64,000 nt of DNA from an uncultured virus (IMG/VR IMGVR_UViG_3300010399_000007) (IMGVR_UViG_3300010399_000007); one strand, 5' to 3'. Shown: positions 27,530 to 38,028, counted from the first letter of the stretch. Made by a program: numbers and translations. Notes: generated from the sequence alone by a model not told the origin.

Positions 27530-30500
27530 ATGCGCACTGACTTGTTTGCCAAGCCGCTCACGGACGCTCGACAGGAAGCCGAAGCCCAGGAATACGCCAG
27601 GAATTTCAATTGCTCGATTGAAATCGCACGCCGCGACGTCTGGGATGAGTACCACGCGACGCCTACCGACACGGATGCGTTCTACGATCGCCAGGAAGAG
27701 GCAGCCGAATATCGCGCCACGGGTGGCGACGCTCACGGTGACACGTACTACGCAGACCACGACAGGAGTTGATCCCATGCTGAAGAGTCGACACGTACTC
27801 GCAGAAGGCTACCTGCTCATCTACGCAGACGGAACGTACGTTCTGTGCGGTTGGCATGTAGCACCCTAAACAATGACAGGAGCTAATCCCATGAACGACA
27901 ACGCCTTTGCTGATGTGCCGCCGCTGACTGACGTCAATCTCATTCAGTGTCTGCTGCGTGCTGCTGAAGAGAGTAGAGACCACTGCCCCGAAAAGTACCA
28001 GCACTACTACGCAGAGCTTGCGGCGCACTACGAATGCATGTTGCGACGTACGCGCCTCCGACTGATGCAGTATGAAGGTCACGCGCTGCTCACTCTCTCA
28101 TCGGGTTCACGCGTCTACGGGGCTGAAAGCTACGCTTCGAAAGACGCGCCGTGCGGCTACTTATCAGGCTGTCTGTCGTTGTCGGGCCCGTCGCTGGATC
28201 TTCCCTATTGGATTCGCACATACCAAGATCCGCACACTGGCGGATGGATACGCCAGTACCTCACTCTCGACGGACGCTGGACTAACGTGAGCACATACGG
28301 CACACGAGAAGCCGCGCTGCAGTTGTGACATCGCAGGGCTGCTTCACTAGAGGCAGCCCGACAATGCACAGCTAGTGCAGACAATGAGGATTTGCATCAA
28401 TGTGTAAATGCTGCGAACTGGTTAGACGGCTCGGCCACGCCCCTGGTTGTTCTGACTTCGTTGATGATGGTGTGCCTGCAGTGCGTGTCGACGTACAGCG
28501 TGCCGTGCGCGCTGCCTTCGAACTCCAGCGGCCGCAGGCGCCGCGCTCATTCCGTTTCTTCCGCAACATCGTTGTGGCCACCTCGTTTCCAGTGATCCTA
28601 GCCGCGCTCAGCGGCTGTTCGACACTGCGACCCGATGCGATGCGCGTTGAGCTGAGCCACGATAGCCACGCCACCGTCGGGCAGTTCATCTGCAAGCGTG
28701 ATTGCCACGAAGATGGGCTCACTCGCGCGTCGCTCATTCTTAAATGGAAGCGCGGGCCCGTCACTATCGAAGCCGGTGAAGGGTGGAACCTCCAAGGTGC
28801 AGGCGGTGGCGGATTCTACGGTCCTGGCGAGGTCTTCACGGCTCGCGCGGGTTACGAGATTCAACTGAGGCACTAACCATGCAAGCAATCATCACCAAAT
28901 ACCACGGGTCCACTGACGCCCACGGTTCACGAATCAGCGCAACTGCAGCTGCTGGACGCCTCTATGTGCTCTACGACCACGAACGCAACATAGAAGATAA
29001 CCACACGCTTGCGGCCGTGGCATTTGTACGCAAGTTTCAATGGCACAAGCACAACGGGTTCAAGGGCATCATCGGCGGTACGCTGCCTTCGGGTGACTAC
29101 GTTTGGATACTGAACGAATCTTGCTCGCCTCAAACCAAGGTGAAATGACATGAACAACGCTCAAATGTCGCGTGAGAAAACAACCGCGCTGCTTACAGCA
29201 GTCGAAGAAGGCATGACCACATGGGAAGCCATTGCGCGTGCCGCGCTCAACTACATGTCGGAGTACGACGTCGCTGACATGGCAGAGTGCGAAGGGCTGC
29301 TGCCACCAGACGAAGACACGGAGGAGTTCTAGCCATGAAACACTTATTCCTGGCCAGTGACGGCACGCTGTACGACACCCGCCCATCGCCGATGCGCGTC
29401 ATTCGCGAAGGCTACCGAATGCACGTTCACACGATACAGGACACGCATCAATTCCGCGCCTGTCTGCGCGCTGGGCGTTACACCTCTATCGGCTCGTATC
29501 CGATATTTTTCTTTACGGGTGACGGCGCTGCGGTGTGTTTCACGTGCGCCAAAAAAGAGTACCGACAGGTCTCTAAAGCTATTCGCGACAAAACCAGTAA
29601 TGATTGGCGCGTAGTGGGGTGCGACGTCAACTATGAAGACAGCGACCTTATCTGCGATCACTGCAGCAAGCCCATAGAGTCTGCATACGGAGAACAAGAG
29701 TGAAAACCTTCGAACTTTATTGGTCTCCTGAAGGCAAGAAAATTGCCACCGTGCGCGCCCGCACTCTGCGCGCCGCCATTCGCAAGGCCCCAAAGCCTTA
29801 CCGGAAGTTTCCCGGCGAGATTTACGCTAAAGAGGTGGAACATGCCCAAACTACCGCCCGGTGACCCCTTGGCAGCGCATGCGCATCGCAAGGTACGCAC
29901 TGTTGCCCGTGAAGTAGGACCTCACGCAGAACAACTCTTTGCGCTGGCCGCTGGCACACGCAAAGAGTGGACGCGTGGGGATTGGCAAGACGTACTCGAT
30001 TCACTAGACGCGTGCCACGAAGATGTAGATACGTGGCGCGCAGTGCGAGGGTAAGACAATGAAACACCCATGGTGCTACAGAATGACGTTTCATGCGGTG
30101 TGCGTGCTGCAGGGGTTGCTTGGACTTGTGACACTTGCACAAGTAGAGCGATCTTGGATGCTAGCGTTTGCACGCTGGAACGCACTACGTCAACTAAAGG
30201 GGCGAAAGCCATGAAATTCGAACAGTACGAATACACCATAGGCCCGCACTTTCTGTCGGCGCTCATCAACGGCGACACCTCAGGTCTGAGTGACGCAGAA
30301 GAAAAGGAGCTTGACGAATGGTTGGAGTCGCTAGGCCACAGCGATGGACACTGGGCGACCACAGACGATCACGATGAGTTCGGCCGATGCGACGTCACGA
30401 ACTTACGTGGCTCCGTGGAAACGGTCGTCTACAATGAGGTGATAAATGAAACTACCTAACGCCTTTCCCAAGTCGAAGCGTGGCTCAGTGCGCCAACACA

Positions 30501-31066
30501 ACGCGCTCATTCGCAAGTACACGCGCGCCTACTGCGGCGGAGGCATGCTCGGCTACGACACCCGCACGATGGCAGTTCAGGAACCTGAGCTGTTCAAATA
30601 CCTGACACGACTCGAACGTGAATTCGAGAAACTACCGGAGTAGCCCTATGGATCCACAAGCCGCTTTAGACCTAGCAGGCCACGCGCTCATTAGCCGCGA
30701 CACCTTACGAGCCGCAGAACATCTGCTGGCTTACTACCAATGGCGCGTTCGCGGCGGACATCAGCCGCCTAATGGCGATGTGCGCGCTGAGATGATGTCC
30801 GCTCAACTGTTGGACCAGATGGAAAAGACTGAAATATGAGCCGCTACGTCCTCGTATTCATGCCGAACACTTGTAGCTACCGTTGCCACGCAGCTGGCTG
30901 CAAGGCGGCTGAGCACAACCCATTGGCAAAGAAACTGCCAGTCATGAGGCTCGATCCCTTATTCGATACCGTGGCGCAAGCCCGCGCATTTGCGGACGCC
31001 GATGAGTCAGAGAAAGCAGGTGAGTCCGTGCAGGCTAGCTTCAAAGCCTGCAAGTGTTGCGGGTAA
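27530..31066 (+). other. Cluster of small early hypothetical CDSs (e.g. 27530-27772, 27891-28328, 28879-29148, 29150-29332, 29335-29703, 30211-30459, 30446-30643, 30648-30839, 30836-31066)
   Basis: Consecutive short ORFs with RBSs and coupled stops/starts directly after the early promoter; typical host-takeover region. Confidence 0.7.
28400..28876 (+). CDS. Putative lipoprotein/small outer-membrane beta protein
   Basis: Hydrophobic stretch ending in lipobox LSGC, alternating beta-strands, C-terminal ARAGYEI. Confidence 0.5.
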   Translation: MCKCCELVRRLGHAPGCSDFVDDGVPAVRVDVQRAVRAAFELQRPQAPRSFRFFRNIVVATSFPVILAALSGCSTLRPDAMRVELSHDSHATVGQFICKRDCHEDGLTRASLILKWKRGPVTIEAGEGWNLQGAGGGGFYGPGEVFTARAGYEIQLRH

Positions 31067-31142
31067 ACAATTACATCCAGAATGGAACTATTTGCATCAT
31101 TAACATAGGTTAAACACCCTATGAATACAATGACATAGCGGG

Positions 31143-31158
31143 TGGCACAGAGCTTGCA
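31143..31158 (+). promoter_or_regulatory. Sigma54 (-24/-12) promoter
   Basis: TGGCAC-AGAGC-TTGCA matches the consensus TGGCAC-N5-TTGC, in an AT-rich intergenic gap. Confidence 0.65.
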
Positions 31159-31206
31159 TCTCTGCAATTGCCGGCAAACTGCCGGTAACAATGCGGAGAT
31201 GCGACA

Positions 31207-31860
31207 ATGCGTACCCTCGAATCACGGCACTACGTAGCCACTGACGCTGATGTAGAGACGATAGCGCGCCAGCACATTACTGGCATCCAGGCAAGCGCAA
31301 CTTACTTGCGCGTGCTGGTCGTCGGTATCCAAACGGCGCTGGGCGCGGAGCCACGTCTGCGCGGCGCGCGGGCAGCCAAGCTGGAAGACTCCACGGCTCA
31401 TCTGGCCGCCCTCGACACCGTACACGAGCGTTACTACACAATCGTGTTGCGGGTGGCCTCGGAGTCTTATCGAGACGCGAAGGAGCGCAACCGAGCGACA
31501 AACTACGCGCGCAGCGCCAAGTCCACCCTGCGCGCATGGATCAAGGCCGGGAACGACATCACCTCGATCGCGGCCGGGCGCACGACCAAGGAGTCCCTGC
31601 GCAAGATGCTGCCCGTGAGGGCTGCGGGCCCGCCACGCAATCCAGCCAAACGGCTCCTCAAACTGGGCGACCGCATGGACGCCATTACGACCTCGCCAGA
31701 CAATGGCGTCCGGGAAGCCGTCAGTGCCCTCGTACAACGGCTCACAACTAAGCTCATGACTTGGGGCGGCGAGCCCGTGCGAGAGCCTGCCAAAGCCATG
31801 TCGGAGCACCGACCACTACAGACGAGGGCAGGCGTCTTCTGGCCTGCCGCTCTGCAGTGA
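31207..31860 (+). CDS. Hypothetical helical basic protein (possible DNA-binding)
   Basis: GGAG RBS; RNRATNYARSAKSTLRAW segment. Confidence 0.6.
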   Translation: MRTLESRHYVATDADVETIARQHITGIQASATYLRVLVVGIQTALGAEPRLRGARAAKLEDSTAHLAALDTVHERYYTIVLRVASESYRDAKERNRATNYARSAKSTLRAWIKAGNDITSIAAGRTTKESLRKMLPVRAAGPPRNPAKRLLKLGDRMDAITTSPDNGVREAVSALVQRLTTKLMTWGGEPVREPAKAMSEHRPLQTRAGVFWPAALQ

Positions 31861-32210
31861 GCGGGTCGCTCACGCTATCGAAGGTGGAGAGGGCGGCCGT
31901 ACTGCGGCATCTGGAACTGCAGTACGGCCGACTCCCTTCAAATCACCTCGACGGGCCTGTGCTCCACAAGGTGCTCACCTTGCTGGGGCACGACACCACG
32001 ATAGCGTTGACGATGCTGGAGACTTTCATCGTGCTCCGACACTTGCGGATCCAGCGGTTCAAGATGGAGCGCGACATGGAAGCCATAGAGGAACGGCGCC
32101 TGCGCGGCGGATTCAACGGCGACCTCGACGCAGCGCACCGGGCGCTGGACGCTGATGTCACCATCCTGGGTGACGTACTGCGCCGCCTGTGGGATCTGCT
32201 GAAGGGATAG
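31857..32210 (+). CDS. Hypothetical protein
   Basis: GTGA coupling to the upstream stop; followed by a terminator. Confidence 0.55.
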   Translation: MSGSLTLSKVERAAVLRHLELQYGRLPSNHLDGPVLHKVLTLLGHDTTIALTMLETFIVLRHLRIQRFKMERDMEAIEERRLRGGFNGDLDAAHRALDADVTILGDVLRRLWDLLKG

Positions 32211-32236
32211 TTCCTGATGGAAACTGTTGGTTGATG

Positions 32237-32268
32237 AGCCCCGAGGCCCCTGCTCGGGGCTTTCTTTT
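32237..32268 (+). terminator. Rho-independent terminator
   Basis: AGCCCCGAG-loop-CTCGGGGCT followed by TTCTTTT. Confidence 0.85.
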
Positions 32269-32292
32269 GCCTGCCGGCGGCAGCCGTACTTG

Positions 32293-32423
32293 TTTCTAAA
32301 ACGACTGTCATGCTATGGTACGCAGATGGAAAAAAGAGGAAACATTTATTTATCTGAATATCAGTAAATAGATGTATGTCTCTTTTTAGACCTGCGTACC
32401 ATAGCATGACAGTCGTTTTGAAA
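32293..32423. repeat. ~130-bp palindrome: perfect 28-bp outer arms around an AT-rich imperfect core
   Basis: AAAACGACTGTCATGCTATGGTACGCAG (32298-32325) and its exact reverse complement (32392-32419). Confidence 0.95.
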
Positions 32424-32434
32424 ATGGAGAACCC

Positions 32435-33118
32435 ATGATCGGACCTAACGAAACCGCCGCTTACTGCAGCAACCCAGGTTGCGGAAAGCAATTCCTTACC
32501 ACTTACTTTGCTCGCATTGCGCAGCGATACCCCGGCATTCCGCCGCGCACCTGCGGAGGCTGTGTCACTGCGGTGCTCCGTAAGGTTCGCGAGCGGCAGA
32601 CCCGCAAAGTCGCACTGTCAGATAGCGACTGGACCGCCCTGTGCGCCGCCGGCCTCAATAACGCATCGCGGGGCCTCCTCAACCTCGTAGACACATACCG
32701 CGCGCTGCCACTGCCAGCTACCACATCTGCACTCTCCGTTCTTCCCGCGCTTCCCGCTTTCCCCATCCCGTCACGCTACTGGCTCGACGCTACATACTCG
32801 TCTGAGGCATACGCGGCGCGTCTGCACCGGCGCACGCTGCGCATCCCGGACGACCAGTACGGCTGGCTGGCGGAACAAAGCAAGCTCCATTCCAAGGGTC
32901 GCGCGCGTGCGCCTGTCGCATGGCCGGATATCGTGCCCGCGATTCATGCGCTAACCCTCTGCTACGACAACGACACGAATGGCTTTGCGCAACGGGTTAA
33001 CGCGAATAGGCGCGGCGAGTGGCTTACGTCTGCCGCCAAGCACTTCGCTAGGCACTACAACGAAACGCAACGCAGTGCTGAACTCACACAAGCAAGCGAC
33101 AAGGATTGGCTTAAGTGA
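32435..33118 (+). CDS. Zn-finger plus ribbon-helix-helix-like DNA-binding protein
   Basis: CSNPGC...CGGC; RKVALSDSDW..L...G.NNASRGL and RRTLRIPDDQY segments. Confidence 0.5.
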   Translation: MIGPNETAAYCSNPGCGKQFLTTYFARIAQRYPGIPPRTCGGCVTAVLRKVRERQTRKVALSDSDWTALCAAGLNNASRGLLNLVDTYRALPLPATTSALSVLPALPAFPIPSRYWLDATYSSEAYAARLHRRTLRIPDDQYGWLAEQSKLHSKGRARAPVAWPDIVPAIHALTLCYDNDTNGFAQRVNANRRGEWLTSAAKHFARHYNETQRSAELTQASDKDWLK

Positions 33119-33615
33119 AACACACAATCACTGTACCGACCGAAGACGGCGAGATGCTCACGCTCGAACTCACACCCCGACAGTACGAACAGCACAAACG
33201 GCGAGCAGCAAGACAGCGCCTCAGAGCCGAACTTGGGCTCACGGGCAGGTGTCAGCAGTGCATGGTGTCACTGCCCGCACAGGCCGCTGAACATCTCCGC
33301 GAGATCGGCGCGAAGACAGCAGGCAAGCCCAACCTGAGCGCGGGGATTCGACACGTGCTTGCGTACTACCTGATGGATCAGAGACGAGCAGCCGACGCTG
33401 AAGCCCTCCACGAGCACCGTGTATCCACACCCGCCTCGCCGGACGATCCCAGCGCCGTGTTGCCGATCCCAGCTGAGCCGGGCGCGGAACTCTACCCACC
33501 GCCAGACGATCCAACGACACCGGACTATGACCCGGACGTCTTAACCCTCTCAGATCTTATCCCGTCAGACGACCATGCCGCGATATTGGCCGGCGAAGAT
33601 CCGAGGAGAGCGTGA
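33115..33615 (+). CDS. Ribbon-helix-helix-like protein with acidic Pro-rich tail
   Basis: MVSLP..AAEHLREIG.....NLSAGIRHVL. Confidence 0.5.
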   Translation: MKHTITVPTEDGEMLTLELTPRQYEQHKRRAARQRLRAELGLTGRCQQCMVSLPAQAAEHLREIGAKTAGKPNLSAGIRHVLAYYLMDQRRAADAEALHEHRVSTPASPDDPSAVLPIPAEPGAELYPPPDDPTTPDYDPDVLTLSDLIPSDDHAAILAGEDPRRA

Positions 33616-35090
33616 TGGAAGACCAACGATTGTCCGAGGCGTTTCAGGACCTCGACGCGCGCTATCGTGAACGGTACGGCCGCAGCATGCTGGAACACGA
33701 GTACGTGCCGCTCGCACTGGCGCCGAGGCACACCACACGGCACATGACCGCTGAGACCGCACTGATTCTCGCCGCTGCGCTGACGGAGCTGAAGATACGA
33801 CTTAGCTGCGGGCTGTCTAACAGCGAGCTGCACGCGCACACTGTCGAGCTGTGGCGTCGCGCGATGAGGCACGAGTCAGCAGTCGACGACCTGCTGAAGC
33901 GCGTGGCCAAATGGGTGCCCGGCGGTGTGCCGGACTCGCACGGCGCGACGCTGCGCGATGACATGGAGACGTTCGAGATTCCGGAGAGGGACTACCAACC
34001 ATGACCGCAGAAACGAAATACTGCATCGGCTGCGTGCACTTCCACCTCACACCGTCGACGCCCACGTACCACTACAGCAGCGCAACCTGGGAGCGCGGCG
34101 AGGATGCGGCGCTCTTCTGTCAGCGCGGTTACTGGCGCACGCAGATGCATGCAGATGCAACGCGCGAGCAGTTCGAGCGAGCGATGCAGAGCGCGCAGAC
34201 GTGCGGTGAGTACGAGGAACGGCCGCCACCACAGCCACCTGCGCCGCCTTCGGATGACGACAGATTCATAGAGGGACTGACATGAACAGACCAGAAGACA
34301 AGCGAAACTTCCAAGGGCTCACGCAGTACCAGCGTGACGCACTGACCGTGCTGCGCGCACGCCTTGACGCCACGGACCCAGCCTTCAGTGTCTCCGAGCA
34401 AGTGCGCGACGCCTTCGTCCAGGCGGAGCCGTATCTGCGTAGCTGGGTGCTGCCGCTGCTGGATGTAATCGCAGGCGCCGGCTACTCGAATCAGCGCCAG
34501 GAGGTTGCGCGAGACGCGATGCGCATCAGGAACAGACGGTACGTGAAAGAGGTGCTCAAGCATGAAGACTGAGTCATCGCTGGACAAGTGGAGTTGGTAC
34601 ACATCACCGGTAGGAGCCACGGATCTGTGCGCACACTGTTACAAGCCGCTGCGCTTGCATGCGGGCGCGCACATCGTTGCATGGCGCGACGGCAAGCTCT
34701 ACGCGGTGGGCTGTTTGCTCGACAGACTGGTAGCGGTGCCACCGGCCAACATCGCTCCAGAGCCACGAGACATTTACGAATTCACGTTCGGAGCCAGACC
34801 ATGAATGACGTCAGAAGAGATCCGCAGCGAGCATGGGAGGTATTCGTGTGCTCGCGCAGGAACTGGAAACTGTGGGCCTACTGGCTCAAGAACTACGCAC
34901 CAGATTTTAGGAGGATGTCATGAACGCTTACATCACATTGCGGGCGCATCGCCACGGCACGGGACATGTTTCGCATTACGAGCTGATAGTCACCGTCGCA
35001 CACAACGCGTACAACACGGTGGGCCTCTCACCGGATGAAGCTGCACGGCTGCTCAATGCAGGCGTGCCTGTCACCCACGACTGAAACTGC

Positions 35091-35120
35091 TTGACACCAT
35101 CAAACCACTTCGCATATAAC
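35091..35120 (+). promoter_or_regulatory. Candidate sigma70 promoter
   Basis: TTGACA-N18-TATAAC, upstream of AGGAG and GTG at 35157. Confidence 0.6.
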
Positions 35121-35156
35121 GCAAACACGCCCACTCGGGCGCATCAGGAGATAGAA

Positions 35157-35516
35157 GTGACGACAGCACGACAACGCGGAAACGCGAATCTGTTGAAGCT
35201 CGCCAGCATTCTCGACAAAGCCGATGCCAAGCATCGGGCACGCAAAGAACCTACGTACGACCAATCCAAGCTGAGGCATGACTGCGGCACTCCCGCATGT
35301 GCGTTCGGTCACTGGGTCTCGTATGTGAATTCTCGCCACATCAGCACCGCGGAGAAAAGCAAGCTCACGGACTTCTCGCGCATCGCTTTCAACATTAGCG
35401 GCGATGAATGGAGTGAGCTGTTTGGCATGAGAGGCTGCTGCATGGCTCGAACCGCAAAGGACGCAGCCCACTACATCCGCATGTTTGTAGCACGGCCTGG
35501 AAGGAACGTCGCATGA
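35157..35516 (+). CDS. Cys-motif early protein (CGTxxCxxGH)
   Basis: HDCGTPACAFGHW; start reassigned to GTG 35157. Confidence 0.55.
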   Translation: MTTARQRGNANLLKLASILDKADAKHRARKEPTYDQSKLRHDCGTPACAFGHWVSYVNSRHISTAEKSKLTDFSRIAFNISGDEWSELFGMRGCCMARTAKDAAHYIRMFVARPGRNVA

Positions 35517-35833
35517 ACACACCGAAGGAAGTGCTGCTTGACATCGCGCGTGAGCTGCGGGAGCAGCCCGAGAAGTGGACACGAGAAGCTTGGGCGCGCA
35601 CTCCCGACGGGCGCGCAACCTTTCCCGCCGACCCGCGAGCAACGTGTTGGTGCCTCGGCGGGCACGTTCGACGTCGCGCTCCGAAGGACCCGGAGCTTAT
35701 CAGGGAGTCTCTCCAGCGCTTGCACAAAACGTTGAACGTACGGAATCACTTTTCAGTCGCGCACTTCAACGACGCGGAGTGCCAGCGAGTGGAGAACGTC
35801 ATCGCAGTGTGCGAAGAGGCAGCGAAGCTATGA
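35513..35833 (+). CDS. DUF6197-like hypothetical protein
   Basis: WT....AR..DG.......ATCWCL.G...FND pattern. Confidence 0.55.
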   Translation: MNTPKEVLLDIARELREQPEKWTREAWARTPDGRATFPADPRATCWCLGGHVRRRAPKDPELIRESLQRLHKTLNVRNHFSVAHFNDAECQRVENVIAVCEEAAKL

Positions 35834-36237
35834 GCTTTCATCGACAGAAAAATGCGCGGATCACCGGCAAGCATCCTGACGAGTGCGACGCGTGCGAAGG
35901 ACTCGGGCAGACGCGACAGTGTGAGACTGTGATGGTGGATGAGATCATTCCGGGGTCGCCGCCTCGCACGCGCCTCGTTACAGCGCGCGACGCCAATGGA
36001 CGTCCGAAGTGTGGCAGTGGGTGTATGAAGTGCGGCGGGACTGGGCGTCTCACTCAGCCGTCAATCTCGGATGACGACGTAGAGGAGCTGCGGCATCTGC
36101 TGGCGCCGCGTCCTGTGCAGGTGGCGCGCGTGGCGCACATCCCTGGACGGCTCCACGCCGGTGTGTTGGCTGCTGCACTGATCGCCGTCGCCACAGCTCC
36201 GATGGAACATCTGCCGCCTTTGGGGAGGTCGTCATGA
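35830..36237 (+). CDS. DnaJ-type Zn-finger protein
   Basis: CDACEGLG and CMKCGGTG. Confidence 0.55.
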   Translation: MSFHRQKNARITGKHPDECDACEGLGQTRQCETVMVDEIIPGSPPRTRLVTARDANGRPKCGSGCMKCGGTGRLTQPSISDDDVEELRHLLAPRPVQVARVAHIPGRLHAGVLAAALIAVATAPMEHLPPLGRSS

Positions 36238-36418
36238 GCACACGATTCATCATGAACAAGCTGGCGAACGTGAACCGCGTGCGGCTTACCATTTACAACG
36301 GCGGCCAGAGCATGTTCACGGATCTCGAACCGGAGGACGTCGAAGAGCTGGCGCGCAACGCCGCCACGTACGTCAAGCAACCGGAACAACCACAGAAACG
36401 CAAAACGAGGAGAGCGAA

Positions 36419-37357
36419 GTGAGCGAGATCATGAATGCGTTGCGGGAAGTGAACCGCCAGTACACTGGGATGAAAGAGCTGTATGACAACACAGTGCGAG
36501 AACTCAATGAGGCGCGTGCGCGACTCGCGAGCTTTCGCGATATAGAGAATAAGTGCCTAGTGCTGGAGGCGACCAACGTTGAGCTGGGACGCTTGCGCTC
36601 TGATGTGGAGAAGCGATACGAAGCGGTGCAGAAGGCACGCGATGAGTTGCGGCGCATGCACGCCGATGCGGAGAAGCGGCACACCACCCTCCAATCTAAT
36701 GTGTGGACGCTCACCGCGCAGCGTGACGCGCTGGAGAATGAACGCGACGCGCTAAAGACACAGATTGCGTCGCACGTTAAAGCGAGCGAATACACGCTGC
36801 GGAAGCACGTTGACCTCACCAAAAAGTATGATGAGCTGAGCCAGCGCTATCAACAGCTCAAAACGATGACGCTCGCGGACCGCTACGGTACCTACAGCGG
36901 TCAGTTCATCATGCCGCGTGGGCGCCTTGTGTATCCGGCCTTTCAGCACGGCAAGACCGCGGTACGCAACGATATGGCCGACGGTTTGGCATACGGCATG
37001 TTGCAGTATCAAAATGCGCCGATACTGCGCACAGCCACGGAGTGGATGCGGTCCAAGAACAACTTGGCCACGGGGCTGCCGGAGCGTCACGGCTTGCGTT
37101 GGACACGCAGCGAGGAAGAGAAGCTGGTGCGCGACTATCGAGAGGGCAAGAGCCTTGATCACCTCGTGAAGATGCACAAGCGAGAGTGGGAAGCCATCGT
37201 CATTCGATTGGCGAAGCTCGCAGGCGGTTGGGGCATGGGCTCTGATGTTGACGCGACAACGCGACAGATGAAGGAATGGTATTTTCCAGTACAGCCTAAG
37301 CCGGGGTTCAAATCCAACCTACTCTGTGTTGGTTTCCAACCGAGGTACTGCAAATGA
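36419..37357 (+). CDS. Coiled-coil + Myb/HTH-like protein carrying core-protein-like motifs
   Basis: ~150-aa coiled coil; RHGLRWTRSEEEKL...H.R...AI..RL.KL domain; see findings. Confidence 0.65.
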   Translation: MSEIMNALREVNRQYTGMKELYDNTVRELNEARARLASFRDIENKCLVLEATNVELGRLRSDVEKRYEAVQKARDELRRMHADAEKRHTTLQSNVWTLTAQRDALENERDALKTQIASHVKASEYTLRKHVDLTKKYDELSQRYQQLKTMTLADRYGTYSGQFIMPRGRLVYPAFQHGKTAVRNDMADGLAYGMLQYQNAPILRTATEWMRSKNNLATGLPERHGLRWTRSEEEKLVRDYREGKSLDHLVKMHKREWEAIVIRLAKLAGGWGMGSDVDATTRQMKEWYFPVQPKPGFKSNLLCVGFQPRYCK

Positions 37358-38028
37358 ACTGGAAACTGCGCTTTTTCCTGGCCGTGCTCATCGAGTATCC
37401 GCTGTGCCTCATCGTAAGCAGCGTGTTCTCGCTGCTGGCACTCATACTCGTACCGCTCGCGTACTGGTTCGGCGAGGTAGGGCCCAACAATCGAGCGCTC
37501 ATAGGATGGCGCGTCTTCAGCGCGCCGTTCGGCGACGGTCGCCGTGTGCGTGCATGGCGCTGGGAGCCCTGGATGTATCCATGGGGCAATGAGGAAGACG
37601 GCATCGACGGACTGCCGCAGAAGGACGGCGTCGTCTTCAAGAACCAGTTCTGGCAGCAGAAGACGCAAGGGTGGTCTGACTTCAAGCGGATCTTCAACTG
37701 GTGTGTGCTCAGGAACTCGGCCAGCAATCTGCGCTTCATGCCGATCACCGGATACCAGATCGACCCGAGTCAAGTGCAAGTCGGCGCGCATGAGCTGCTG
37801 GATGTTAAGGACTACGGTGACGTTGTCGCGCACAGCGGCGAGTGGTACTTCGTGTGGGAGGGCTGGCGCAGCACGCTGTACATCGAATGGAAGGGCGTGC
37901 ACTTCCTCATTGGGTGGAACCAGCGACCTGATGATCCGGATCAGATGCCGGTGCCCACTGCACTCGATCCGACCGACACTCGCGCACCGGGCGTGTCGTT
38001 CAAGCTGCAGATCCGGAGAAACAAATGA
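37354..38028 (+). CDS. Membrane-anchored Trp-rich hypothetical protein
   Basis: N-terminal TM segment; WGNEEDG.DG, W...RN.A.N. Confidence 0.6.
   Translation: MNWKLRFFLAVLIEYPLCLIVSSVFSLLALILVPLAYWFGEVGPNNRALIGWRVFSAPFGDGRRVRAWRWEPWMYPWGNEEDGIDGLPQKDGVVFKNQFWQQKTQGWSDFKRIFNWCVLRNSASNLRFMPITGYQIDPSQVQVGAHELLDVKDYGDVVAHSGEWYFVWEGWRSTLYIEWKGVHFLIGWNQRPDDPDQMPVPTALDPTDTRAPGVSFKLQIRRNK

Noticed and set aside
32293..32423. Palindrome as protelomerase site or MITE
   Set aside because: No protelomerase/tyrosine-recombinase or transposase recognised, the centre is imperfect, and I saw no target-site duplication or second copy.
34001..34285. TPSTPTYHYSS as a further tail-fibre mimic
   Set aside because: Too few identities, low complexity, and it lies within a Cys-patterned domain.
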